A DNA stretch of 60,469 nucleotides, from positions 1-60,469 of the forward strand of contig JBLINS010000004.1 of assembly GCA_047639455.1 (NCBI GenBank), read 5' to 3'. Numbering within the stretch: the stretch's first letter is position 1; the number at the start of each line of letters is the position of its first letter. Both the position numbers and the translations under genes were made by a program. Under the pieces are notes generated by a model. That model made no database searches. It was not told where the DNA came from and saw nothing but the letters and a program-made list of their open reading frames with translations. Below are positions 9,813 through 18,993 of this stretch, one piece after another. This stretch comes from Candidatus Omnitrophota bacterium (GTDB lineage Bacteria > Omnitrophota > Gorgyraeia > 2-02-FULL-51-18 > JAGOUK01).

Positions 9813-11006
9813 TTACGCAGCGACGGCTAAAGACTTCCAGTATTTGGCGGGCATGCGTTTGGCCATTTTAAGCGCTCCATTGGCACCGGCGTAGACGGGT
9901 TCATCGACTCGGGTGACTTTACCTCCACCCAACTCTTCCATGCCCTCTTCTATCAGCTTGTCCAAGCCAATCATCTTACTACCTCCACCGGCAAGGATAA
10001 TCCTTGAGCGTATGTCTTCTTGGAATTCGGGGTCATAACTGGATATGAGCTTGGCAATAGCCTTAATCATTCCGGGCACAATAGACTTACATGATTTACG
10101 TAATTCAGCTGTGATGTCAAACTCCGTTGGCTTGCCTTTTACAGGTAGCTTAACAATGAGATTATCTGTTTGCTTGGAAACAAAACCATTCTTCTCTTTA
10201 AACGCTCTAATCATATTCGTATTGAATTGTGCTTCCGGATATTTTTTGGCAATGAGTTCAGACAACTTTTCATCCACATAGTCACCGGCTGTGTCTAAGG
10301 TGATTTGGTCATCCGCATCAGGCATGGTTCCATGCAAACGACATAAATCAGTCGTTCCAGCTCCAATATCAATAACTAATGCCCTGTCCAATACATCCAT
10401 GCCATAAGCCACAGAAAAAGGCTCGGAAACAATCATCACCGCATCCATGACGTTCTTGCCCGAATCAACTAAGATTTTTTGGCTATTAATAGAAGCGCGT
10501 GCTGGAGCGCCAATAACCGCATATATAGGCTGACCAGATTTAGGCTTAACTTGTTTCAACATATGTTTTAATAATTGCTGCACAGCCAATAGGTTTTTAT
10601 TTTTGTCGACTGCCCCATTTTGTTGTATGACACCTTTAGCTAGGGGTCTAACCAAGTTAACAGACAAGCGATGTTTGAGGGCTTGTTCGCCAAATAAAGT
10701 CTTGGAGCCTGTTAGTTCTTTAGAAATCATATCTTTAGAATACCCGACATAAGTCGGCATAACCAATCGCATGCCAGTGGATGTGGACATGGCTGTTTGC
10801 GATGTGCCCAAATCAATGCCCACATAAAGTGGCTCTCCTGAATAAGCAGGTTTTGGTGGCGGGAATGTTGAATTCATTATAGCCGAACTAGGTGTTTTCT
10901 TAGTCAATACAGAAGCATCAAATTTTGGTGCTTTAGCCCTGCTTCTTACCTTGGTCCCATTGCTTCCATTTTTCTTAGCAGTGGTTGTGCGCTTTGCCTG
11001 AGCCAT
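9813..11006 (-). CDS. mamK: Magnetosome actin-like protein MamK with a basic N-terminal extension
   Basis: GIDLGTS, VRPLAKGVI, VIGAPARA, VSEPFSVAYG, IDIGAGTTDLC, LAGGGS and the MamK-type C-terminus GALKMAKRMPAKYW; context among mam genes. Confidence 0.92.
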   Translation of the reverse strand: MAQAKRTTTAKKNGSNGTKVRSRAKAPKFDASVLTKKTPSSAIMNSTFPPPKPAYSGEPLYVGIDLGTSQTAMSTSTGMRLVMPTYVGYSKDMISKELTGSKTLFGEQALKHRLSVNLVRPLAKGVIQQNGAVDKNKNLLAVQQLLKHMLKQVKPKSGQPIYAVIGAPARASINSQKILVDSGKNVMDAVMIVSEPFSVAYGMDVLDRALVIDIGAGTTDLCRLHGTMPDADDQITLDTAGDYVDEKLSELIAKKYPEAQFNTNMIRAFKEKNGFVSKQTDNLIVKLPVKGKPTEFDITAELRKSCKSIVPGMIKAIAKLISSYDPEFQEDIRSRIILAGGGSKMIGLDKLIEEGMEELGGGKVTRVDEPVYAGANGALKMAKRMPAKYWKSLAVAA

Positions 11007-11007
11007 A

Positions 11008-11439
11008 TCAAGTTCTCCCTTGTAATACTAAGTTTTGTTTGAATATAGTTTCTAAAACCGATTTTTCTTCTTCGTCCAAGCCTTCTTCATCACTAATCGA
11101 ATCCACAGCATCCTGAAATTGTGCCTCACCCATAGGTTGGCGCGTATTAGACTGAGCAACCTGCTCTTGCAATTGCAAAACGGCTTCGCTAATCATTTCC
11201 AAACGCTTTTCCAAATCCGCATTAGGCGTATTACGCTCATTAAGCATAGCTCTGATTTCATCGGCTAAAGACGAGGCAACTTCTTCTCGGGGTGCTGATT
11301 TGGCCTTCGCCCCGACTTTACCAGCCCCACTCTTAAATGTTCGGCCCACACGATTAACCACTTCTTGGCTTTTACGCACAAAAACACCGAGGCTTTTGAT
11401 CAAATTACCTTGTTTGTGTTCAAAGCGCTTTCTGTCCAT
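11008..11439 (-). CDS. Coiled-coil protein with basic N-terminus and acidic C-terminus; Mad26-like cytoskeletal accessory candidate
   Basis: Heptads LEKRLEMISEAVLQLQEQV; acidic DEEGLDEEEK; terminal IFKQNLVLQ resembles, from memory only, Mad26-type ends. Stop 1 bp from the mamK start. Confidence 0.5.
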   Translation of the reverse strand: MDRKRFEHKQGNLIKSLGVFVRKSQEVVNRVGRTFKSGAGKVGAKAKSAPREEVASSLADEIRAMLNERNTPNADLEKRLEMISEAVLQLQEQVAQSNTRQPMGEAQFQDAVDSISDEEGLDEEEKSVLETIFKQNLVLQGRT

Positions 11440-11835
11440 TTAATAGCCCAAGACCATCAGATGGCCCACAATCAACATGGCCACCATAATCCAAAAAATG
11501 ATGATTTGCGAATGTAATAAGCGGACATATTTACGTATATCCCGATTCATATCTACTTTAGAGCGCATCAAGAAACCAGCCAAAGTTAACCAAGCCATAA
11601 TGACCATGGATGTATATAACATCCAATTGCTCTGGAACTCAAGTAGCATATGGAATATCCCAAAAATAAAGCCAATAATATTACATTTAATATGCGCTTT
11701 TAACAAATCGCCCATGCTTTGTCTCAAGGCCTTATTGTCTGGCATGAGCTTATTAGCGACATATTTAATAGGTGTATAGGTATTGGCTACTAAAAGAAAA
11801 AATAAAGCCAAATTACCAAAAAGGGCAGACATCAT
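11440..11835 (-). CDS. mad2: 4-TM membrane protein with conserved His, Mad2-like
   Basis: G.LALFFL..N.Y.P start, His in TM2/3 (AHIKC, IFHM, LHSQ, VGH), 131 aa, inside the MGC. Resemblance to Mad2 is recalled, not searched. Confidence 0.5.
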   Translation of the reverse strand: MMSALFGNLALFFLLVANTYTPIKYVANKLMPDNKALRQSMGDLLKAHIKCNIIGFIFGIFHMLLEFQSNWMLYTSMVIMAWLTLAGFLMRSKVDMNRDIRKYVRLLHSQIIIFWIMVAMLIVGHLMVLGY

Positions 11836-12728
11836 ACTTGCACCATCCGTTTCTTCCGCTTGCGTTTAATGGGCGCAGTATTTGCGATTTCACTGGCTTC
11901 TAAACCAAGTGCTAATTTATCTTGAATAAACCTTTTTCTATAAAGCATATAGGCATAAGTGGCCATTTCTTTGGTGAATAAATAATTGAATCCGCCGCTA
12001 ATAACAATCCCAACAATGGGGATGCCGCTTGACAACTTACGCCGAGCATACCATTGTATGATTTTGGTAATCGCCAATTCAGAAATTTCTTTAGCTGCCA
12101 TACCACGAAGTTCTGAGCCAATTAAATTGCGCTTAACCATGGACGAAATCGCCGCATTAATGTCGTCAATTGCCAATTGGCGATCTTTTTCACGTTCTGA
12201 AGCAACTAAACAAAATATTTTATAAGCAAAATCTCGTTCGCTCTTCAAGTCTGGGTCATAACCATAGCAGGCTCCGATTTGTAAGACCATTTTCATATTG
12301 TGCATGAATATCAAAGGGATGTCCAAAAGAGCTAATGCAAATCCGGCGGTCGCAAAACCAGCACCTTGCAAAGTGGTCACAATTTGATTACGGCTAAAGT
12401 AACTCTGTGCTAATTCATCTAAATAAGGGGTGGGTAATTCTTTCATTTCCAATAGGCTATCGACTTCAATGCCCGAGTCCGATGTTTTATCTAATAAAGC
12501 ATCAATATTCACAAAATTTGTTGACGTATCCTGTAATGATTTAAGTGTTTTTTTCATCGGACCAATGGCTTTACTAAGTAATTTTTGGGGTAATATTCTA
12601 TCTATAGCGGAATCTATGGGTGAGAAAAAAAAGCCAACTATCATAGCGGCTTTGCCAGTCCTAAAACGCTGATCTTCCCAGCGTTCAATTTCGACCAAAA
12701 TACGATCGTCTTCAGGATTCCACTTCAC
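11832..12728 (-). CDS. EcsC-family protein
   Basis: LDIPLIF..NMKMVLQIGACYGYD and GIPIVGIVISGGFNY motifs typical of EcsC; 4-bp overlaps with both neighbours. Confidence 0.75.
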   Translation of the reverse strand: MKWNPEDDRILVEIERWEDQRFRTGKAAMIVGFFFSPIDSAIDRILPQKLLSKAIGPMKKTLKSLQDTSTNFVNIDALLDKTSDSGIEVDSLLEMKELPTPYLDELAQSYFSRNQIVTTLQGAGFATAGFALALLDIPLIFMHNMKMVLQIGACYGYDPDLKSERDFAYKIFCLVASEREKDRQLAIDDINAAISSMVKRNLIGSELRGMAAKEISELAITKIIQWYARRKLSSGIPIVGIVISGGFNYLFTKEMATYAYMLYRKRFIQDKLALGLEASEIANTAPIKRKRKKRMVQV

Positions 12729-13690
12729 GCTATCGGTTCCAAATACACATCCACATGGGCTATTGCCTTAACACGTTTCTTCAAAAGTGCGGTGATTTTG
12801 GTCGATACCTCTTCTATTTGAGCCAAACTATGCCCATTATTAAAATCAATTGTGACACCCACCCATAATTTGGTACCCATACGAATGATGCGAATACCTT
12901 CAGTTTTATGATTGACACAAATTTCGCTGACTGTTTGATTGATTTTATTCGTCAATTCCGTGTCCGGCGCCACATCTAATAATACTTTCAAATTGGAATA
13001 CCAATGATGTCCTCCATCAACAACAATCATCAAGCCCACGATTAGTGCTGCCAAATGATCAGCTGCCGCAAATCCAGGTCCCAACTGGGAAAGAAGAATG
13101 CCCAAGGTCACAGCCGTTGACGACCACAAATCAGCCTTGGCCTGCAAGCCATTAGCCATCAAGCCCACACTGTCTAATTTTTGACCTGCGCAAACATTGT
13201 ATCTAAAAATCATATAAGTCATAAAAACCGAAATAATGACAAATGGCAAACCGATTAAATCAGGCGTGACTAATTTGCCTTCTAATAGATAAATGCCGCT
13301 TTCAATAGCAATAAAAAGTCCTAAAGCCATTAATATGCTAAATACACCTAGGGCAACCAAATACTCGACTTTGCCATAACCATAAGGGAATTTGGAATTA
13401 GGTGCTTTTTGAGCTAATTTGAGGCTTATCCATATCATCACACTCGCCAAAACACAGGATAGAGATTGCATTCCATCAGCCATCAAGCCTTTAGAACCCG
13501 ACCAATAACCGCCAAACATCTTCAAAACTGTCAAAAAGATATTCGCAATAATTGTCCAAAAAACGATTTGTGCGGCGCAATCCTGGCAAGTCTTCTTTGA
13601 CCAAGGCAGCCCTTTAAAATTCTTAGAACTAGGTGAGTCTAGGGCTTCATTATCAGCAGCCGTTCGTGGAGGTTTAGTTTGTGTGCTCAA
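12725..13690 (-). CDS. Second CDF transporter, divergent MamB-like paralog
   Basis: N-terminal CxxC (CQDC), SKGLMADG, FPYGYGKVEY, CAG..LDS.GL.AN, cytosolic CTD. The TM2 metal site reads QSLSC instead of HSxxD. Confidence 0.8.
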   Translation of the reverse strand: MSTQTKPPRTAADNEALDSPSSKNFKGLPWSKKTCQDCAAQIVFWTIIANIFLTVLKMFGGYWSGSKGLMADGMQSLSCVLASVMIWISLKLAQKAPNSKFPYGYGKVEYLVALGVFSILMALGLFIAIESGIYLLEGKLVTPDLIGLPFVIISVFMTYMIFRYNVCAGQKLDSVGLMANGLQAKADLWSSTAVTLGILLSQLGPGFAAADHLAALIVGLMIVVDGGHHWYSNLKVLLDVAPDTELTNKINQTVSEICVNHKTEGIRIIRMGTKLWVGVTIDFNNGHSLAQIEEVSTKITALLKKRVKAIAHVDVYLEPIA

Positions 13691-14547
13691 TGTCGGCTGA
13701 ATCCTATATTAGTTACATGTTCATGTGGCAAAGTATCTGTGAACTTTTGATTCACGTTTTGTAATATGTTTTTTAAATCAGACACGGAACTATTCTTAGG
13801 CATGCTCACTTGAGCAACCACTTCTAATGTGACGCCCACGCGCCGTACCTTCAATGTTTTTAATTTGAGTCTTTTATCAGCCTCACGGATATGATCTGAA
13901 ATTTGGCCCAATAAATGACTATTGGTTGATCCGTCCATCAAACCCTTACAGGAATCCCATAAGAAATAAACACTATACCCAAGCAAAGCAAATGTCACTA
14001 ATATGGCCACAATATAGTCGATAATCAAGAACCCATCCCAAGAAAGAACAATGGATATGGTCGTCATACAAGAAACAATGAAATCGACTTGTAATAAAAA
14101 TAAAATGTGTTCAATATCGGCACTAATGGCCCCAAATATCTTATTCTTCCATTGGCGTAATACATATACATCGGCCACGGCAATAAAGGCGGCAATCGTT
14201 GCACCCAATAAACCATCCGGATATAGGGTATGCCAAAAAGTCACATGAATAACAAAGTACAATAAAAAACCCGTCAAAACGGCAATGAGTATCGATGAGG
14301 CCGCGACAATGATGAATTCCAACTTTTCCAAATTCAAATCAAATTTGAACCACCTCGAATTCGGCTTTTTGATTTCATCACTCATGAATATACGCAATAA
14401 ACATATCATTGTGATGAATATGCCAAATAAAGCGAATGATCCCGAAATTAAAAGCGATTTTGAATTAGACAATAAACCAAAACTTGTCTTTATCAACAAG
14501 GAGGCCGCAAAAAATAACAATAAGGAGAGTATGGTCTGTTTATTCAT
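13687..14547 (-). CDS. Second CDF transporter, degenerate MamM-like paralog
   Basis: EKLEFII..S.I..VLTGFLL resembles MamM TM3; CKGLMDG and a CDF C-terminal domain. TM2 Asp absent. Probable start ATG 14547 (MNKQ). Confidence 0.7.
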   Translation of the reverse strand: MNKQTILSLLLFFAASLLIKTSFGLLSNSKSLLISGSFALFGIFITMICLLRIFMSDEIKKPNSRWFKFDLNLEKLEFIIVAASSILIAVLTGFLLYFVIHVTFWHTLYPDGLLGATIAAFIAVADVYVLRQWKNKIFGAISADIEHILFLLQVDFIVSCMTTISIVLSWDGFLIIDYIVAILVTFALLGYSVYFLWDSCKGLMDGSTNSHLLGQISDHIREADKRLKLKTLKVRRVGVTLEVVAQVSMPKNSSVSDLKNILQNVNQKFTDTLPHEHVTNIGFSRH

Positions 14548-14549
14548 AT

Positions 14550-15011
14550 TTATCCAATACGCATCATTTCTGGACCACACCGTGGGCAAAATTGTCTTTG
14601 ATTAGCCGGGCCCCTGGTTTGCCAAGAGCAAACCTGGCATTGAAAGGTGCCTTGATTATTTTGGCCCCTAGACTGCATCGGCATACCCTGCGTAGGCCAA
14701 GACTGCTGCAATTGCATATTTCCTTGCATATTATTTTGCATAGGCATTTGTTGGAATTGCATATTATTTTGCATACGACGACGCTGATTAACCATGGCCA
14801 CATTCTGCATACCCGGCGATGTCGTCATAGTAGGTAATCCTGCAGGGGGTGCCGGCATGGGTAGTAATACCGTTGTCAATACTGCCACGGCCGCACACGT
14901 ACCTATGCCTAATACCCAGATCTTGGCTATGCCTGTTTTGGTGCATTGACTAGGGCAGGCGCCACAACCGGTTGGCCCGCATGATTTATGATCTTTGGGA
15001 TCTGTCTTCAT
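14550..15011 (-). CDS. Membrane-anchored protein: N-terminal Cys cluster, 1 TM, M/Q/N-rich linker, C-terminal Cys4 ribbon
   Basis: CGPTGCGACPSQC before the TM; CQVC...CPRC at the C-terminus. Confidence 0.7.
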   Translation of the reverse strand: MKTDPKDHKSCGPTGCGACPSQCTKTGIAKIWVLGIGTCAAVAVLTTVLLPMPAPPAGLPTMTTSPGMQNVAMVNQRRRMQNNMQFQQMPMQNNMQGNMQLQQSWPTQGMPMQSRGQNNQGTFQCQVCSWQTRGPANQRQFCPRCGPEMMRIG

Positions 15012-15013
15012 AA

Positions 15014-15970
15014 TTATCTAATCCTTTGCATATTAGCGCCACATTGTTGACATTGCGGCGTTTGACCCATTGGGCCCATGGCTTTATTCGAGCATTGTGG
15101 GCATTGGAATTGAGCCTGCATTTGAATATTATTTGGATTGGCAAAAGCCATGGGAGCAGGTGCTAGCTTCCTTCTAACCGGGGGCGTGATCGGGCGAACA
15201 TTATTTAATTCTCCCTCACCAACCTTAATTTGAACCGTTTGAATATCACCTTGTCGCATTATCACCATGGGGTATGTGCGCTCATTGCGGACCATACGAA
15301 CCATGCTTTGTAACCCTTGCGGACCTTGTGTCACGCGTTTTTTATTAAAACGCAGTATGATATCATTACGTTTAAGTCCAGCTTTGGCACCCTTAGAATT
15401 TCCCATAACACCACTCACCACTGCTTGCCCGGAACCCAACGACTTAACTTCAATGCCAAATTCGCGTATCAATAAAGGTCGCGAACCTTGTTGTCCAGAT
15501 CTTCTAGTTAAAGATTGTTGCGGCGCGAGATTAGGATTGGCCATCATCATGGATTGTGGATTAGGTTGCATTGGCGACATCATATTGGGCATGGCATTGG
15601 TATTTTGTTGCATCAAGCGTTGCTGCGCTTGCAGGTTTTGTAAAAGCATTTGTTGCTGTTGCGCAGGATTCGTTTGCATGGGTTGATTAGACATCATATT
15701 GGGCTGCATGGGCATATTCATGGCCACGGGATTCGCATTTTGTATGGGCTGATGCAAATTACGTGACTGCATATATTGCAAAGTCCCGGATTGAATATGT
15801 GTAGGTATGCCACCCGCTCTATTTTGTTGCATCTTAACTGACGGGTTCATGCCGGCAAACGGATCACCACTCACTCTAGCGCGAGCCGAGCCAATGGCCA
15901 TACCAATCACCAAAACCAAAACCGTAACACCTATGCCACCAGCAATCATCAATATACGTTTGTCACCCAT
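15014..15970 (-). CDS. Membrane-anchored PDZ protein with M/Q/N-rich linker and C-terminal Cys4 ribbon (MamE-Cter-like)
   Basis: N-terminal TM; PDZ EFGIEV...AKAGLKRNDIILRFN; CPQC...CQQCG. Confidence 0.75.
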   Translation of the reverse strand: MGDKRILMIAGGIGVTVLVLVIGMAIGSARARVSGDPFAGMNPSVKMQQNRAGGIPTHIQSGTLQYMQSRNLHQPIQNANPVAMNMPMQPNMMSNQPMQTNPAQQQQMLLQNLQAQQRLMQQNTNAMPNMMSPMQPNPQSMMMANPNLAPQQSLTRRSGQQGSRPLLIREFGIEVKSLGSGQAVVSGVMGNSKGAKAGLKRNDIILRFNKKRVTQGPQGLQSMVRMVRNERTYPMVIMRQGDIQTVQIKVGEGELNNVRPITPPVRRKLAPAPMAFANPNNIQMQAQFQCPQCSNKAMGPMGQTPQCQQCGANMQRIR

Positions 15971-15989
15971 AATAATATCCTATTAAACC

Positions 15990-16157
15990 TTAAGCTGATC
16001 GACCAAGTAAATAATAAAGCACAAGTCCTAGGACTGGCAAGAATATAATCAATAATATCCAAAGAACTTTTTTTACTGTGTCATGGTTACCCTTAACAAT
16101 GTCAAATATAGCTAATATATTTAATACAAAAACCACAAATCCAAGAATAACACCCAT
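15990..16157 (-). CDS. 55-aa PLDc_N-like membrane hairpin protein (missed by ORF track)
   Basis: Manual translation MGVILGFVVFVLNILAIFDIVKGNHDTVKKVLWILLIIFLPVLGLVLYYLLGRSA; RBS aaggag; K.LW...I..LP.LG..LY...GR is the PLDc_N (PF13396) signature. Confidence 0.85.
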   Translation of the reverse strand: MGVILGFVVFVLNILAIFDIVKGNHDTVKKVLWILLIIFLPVLGLVLYYLLGRSA

Positions 16158-16180
16158 TTCTTCTCTCCTTTATCTATTTA

Positions 16181-17146
16181 CTAAATAAACAACTTCACGG
16201 CAAAAATAAAAATCACAATAACAAATAAATACATAATGAGTTTAGAATTCAACTTAGGCGCCAACCAAGCGCCTGCTTGTGCGCCGACCACAACGCCGAG
16301 ACCCATCCACAAAGCCTCACCCACATAAACATTATCAAAGAATAAATGTGGCATCACAGCAATGGCGCAAGTCAACATAGTGATGAAATGACTTGTGGCC
16401 GTTGCTATATGCGGCGGATAGCGTAATAAGAATAAAAGAATTGGCACTTGAAAGACACCGCCACCTATGCCTAAAAAACCGACAAAAAAGCCTAATAATA
16501 AATTCATGTATACGCCCAATTTATCATTGGACGCATAATTGAATTTGAGCCCAAAGTGATCAATGACGGATACGCGCCTATGGCTTGCTGGAGCATCTTT
16601 AATTTCTCTAGTTGTTTGCGCTTCGCGCATTTTACGAATACCAATGATGCAATAGACGGCCAGGAGTAACAAGAATACGCCAAAAATGATATTGAACATG
16701 CGTATATTGAAGTGATGATGCACCAACCCTGATAGCACAGCGCCCGGAAGTGCCGCTAAGGAAAATTTAACACCACCTCTATAGTCGATTCGTTTTTGAA
16801 CCGCATAACCAATAGAACCTGAGAACGCGTTTAAGAAAACAATCATCAAGGATGTTGCAACTAAGAATTCATTTTCCCAACCATAGAAGAAATACAGTAT
16901 GGGCACAATTAAGGGGCCGCCACCTATGCCGACAATGGTTCCATAACAACCAATGGCCACACCAATCAGCACAATCATCATAACGGATGGCACATGTACG
17001 GTTAAGCCGGATGGACCAAAAGCGCCTTGAGACGGGGCTTCAAACATTGCGATAATGCAAAGCAGGAGCAATACCGTGCTCATTACCGTCACCAATTTAT
17101 TTTTTTGATATGTATTGACTATATTATCGAAGTATTGTTTTAGCAT
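16181..17146 (-). CDS. mamO: TauE/SafE-family transporter, MamO-Cter
   Basis: Duplicated GIGGG..VP.L motifs, A.ATS; no N-terminal protease domain; located in the MGC. Confidence 0.8.
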   Translation of the reverse strand: MLKQYFDNIVNTYQKNKLVTVMSTVLLLLCIIAMFEAPSQGAFGPSGLTVHVPSVMMIVLIGVAIGCYGTIVGIGGGPLIVPILYFFYGWENEFLVATSLMIVFLNAFSGSIGYAVQKRIDYRGGVKFSLAALPGAVLSGLVHHHFNIRMFNIIFGVFLLLLAVYCIIGIRKMREAQTTREIKDAPASHRRVSVIDHFGLKFNYASNDKLGVYMNLLLGFFVGFLGIGGGVFQVPILLFLLRYPPHIATATSHFITMLTCAIAVMPHLFFDNVYVGEALWMGLGVVVGAQAGAWLAPKLNSKLIMYLFVIVIFIFAVKLFI

Positions 17147-17147
17147 A

Positions 17148-18983
17148 TTAAGACACTATCGGCAGAGAGCACAAAAATATAATATAAATAGTTGAAATAA
17201 AGAGCATAACGCCAGCAACGGGGGCACCAATGCGTGAATAAGCTCCAAAAGTTAATAAGTATTTTTTAGTCGCCTTAAGCCCATAAATGGGGTCTTCCTC
17301 AGTTATTGTTTGAGTCACAATTCCTGCTGTAGCACCTGTCAAAGTCGCTGATGACCCGACAAGTATACCCAGTGCCAAAGCCCACCAAACTATATCACTT
17401 GAAGATGCGAATGGGGATTGCATTACAACGGGTATGAAGAAAACGGATGCAGGACCGGCGTTTAAGAAGGCGGTGACTAAAGCCACACCCCAAAGCAAAT
17501 AAACGGTGTACAAATATCGATTAGCCCCTGCCACGCCATCCAATAAACCAGATACCTTTTCAAGCAAACCTGAATGCAAGGCGCCACCTACCAATATAAA
17601 TAAGGCGATAAAAAATATAATGTCTATGAAGCTGATTTGTTTAATGACATCGGCTATATCTTTGCGATTCAAAGCTAATAAAAGAAAACCGCCACCCAAA
17701 GTGATGGTTGCCGCTCCTAGTCCAAATGCTGGTAAAAAAATGAGGCATAAAATAACTATGCTTAATATAAAGAGCACTTGGTGAACAGCCGGCCAATCCA
17801 TATTAAGATCATCAATATCTTTAGATAATTTATTTAAAAATGCTCTATTGAGTTCTGGAGATTTAATGCGGGGTAACTTAGAAAATTCTGTCCATCTCAA
17901 ATACCAAAATAAAGAGGCTAAGAGAATGGCACATATAGGCATCATGAAAATAAGGAAGTCCATGAATTGCAAGCCTGTATTCGTCGATATCACAATATTC
18001 GGAAAGTCCCCGATCATGGTCGAGGCACCGCCTATATTAGAGGCAATGATTTCGGCGACTAAAACCGGTACAGGTGGTAATTTCATTTCATGACAAAGCC
18101 CTAAGGTGATGGGAATAATGACTAATATCGTCGTTAGATTATTCATGAGCATCGAAAGTACGTATGTTAATAAACACAAGCCGATAATGGCATGCATACT
18201 CTGCCCCTTAACCAATATCACTAGCGACTTGGCCGCATAATCAAAGAATTTGAGCCGTCCCAGAATAATAGAAAATATACTCATACCAATCAAGATTAAA
18301 ATCGGGCTCATTTGAATAGCCGCAAAGGCCTTGCTTTGATTATAAAAGCCAATCAAGGAACCGCATGCCAGCATTAATACAGCGCCCATAACCACACAAA
18401 TTAAACGATTGAATACATTCAGGAATAAACACGTGAATGTCAGCGCGAATATTCCAATCACTACCATGGAACTAACTACCGTGGGGCGGAACAAGCCATC
18501 AATGGTTGAGGGATAAGGAATAGTTGTGCGCATTCGATGCATTTCTCCCCCGCGAAATATGGAGAATTGCACTTTCTCCCCCGGCTTGCTTTGTGACATC
18601 AAGTGACCGAGGTGATGAGCTGATTGAATTTGTATGGCATTATATTTTTTGATAATATCGCCACGCTTAAGCCTCACTAAACGACGGGCTGATCCAGTTG
18701 GTATTTCATTCACCAATACACCCGTATGGTCAGCTAAACCAAATTGCTTGGCTATAACCCAATCGACATCCACCACATTCAATTCTAAGACTTGCGCAAA
18801 TCCCGTGGTGCGCACATGGGCGCTATGCCCTGCCCGACTCAAATGCTGACCAGCCAATAAAGCCACAATAATTAGCGTAAGTAAAAAAGCAACACCCGCT
18901 AAGCTATAAATGGGCTCATCAGCGATGAACTCCTTTAAAGTGCGTTGTTTGCGTTTTAGTTGACTGGGTTTTTTGACGGCCAT
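17148..18983 (-). CDS. mamN: PDZ domain fused to an SLC13/ArsB-NhaD permease, MamN-like
   Basis: TM, then PDZ (RLKRGDIIKKYN...IFRGG), then a permease with NNLTTIL, ASNIGGASTMIGDFPNIV, TAFLNAGP. Confidence 0.65.
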   Translation of the reverse strand: MAVKKPSQLKRKQRTLKEFIADEPIYSLAGVAFLLTLIIVALLAGQHLSRAGHSAHVRTTGFAQVLELNVVDVDWVIAKQFGLADHTGVLVNEIPTGSARRLVRLKRGDIIKKYNAIQIQSAHHLGHLMSQSKPGEKVQFSIFRGGEMHRMRTTIPYPSTIDGLFRPTVVSSMVVIGIFALTFTCLFLNVFNRLICVVMGAVLMLACGSLIGFYNQSKAFAAIQMSPILILIGMSIFSIILGRLKFFDYAAKSLVILVKGQSMHAIIGLCLLTYVLSMLMNNLTTILVIIPITLGLCHEMKLPPVPVLVAEIIASNIGGASTMIGDFPNIVISTNTGLQFMDFLIFMMPICAILLASLFWYLRWTEFSKLPRIKSPELNRAFLNKLSKDIDDLNMDWPAVHQVLFILSIVILCLIFLPAFGLGAATITLGGGFLLLALNRKDIADVIKQISFIDIIFFIALFILVGGALHSGLLEKVSGLLDGVAGANRYLYTVYLLWGVALVTAFLNAGPASVFFIPVVMQSPFASSSDIVWWALALGILVGSSATLTGATAGIVTQTITEEDPIYGLKATKKYLLTFGAYSRIGAPVAGVMLFISTIYIIFLCSLPIVS

Positions 18984-18993
18984 TATGTTTTAT

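Noticed and set aside
9813-11006. MreB or ParM assignment
   Set aside because: SEPF.V.YG, DIGAGTTDLC and the C-terminal P..YW are MamK-type, no mreCD is present, and the neighbours are mam genes.
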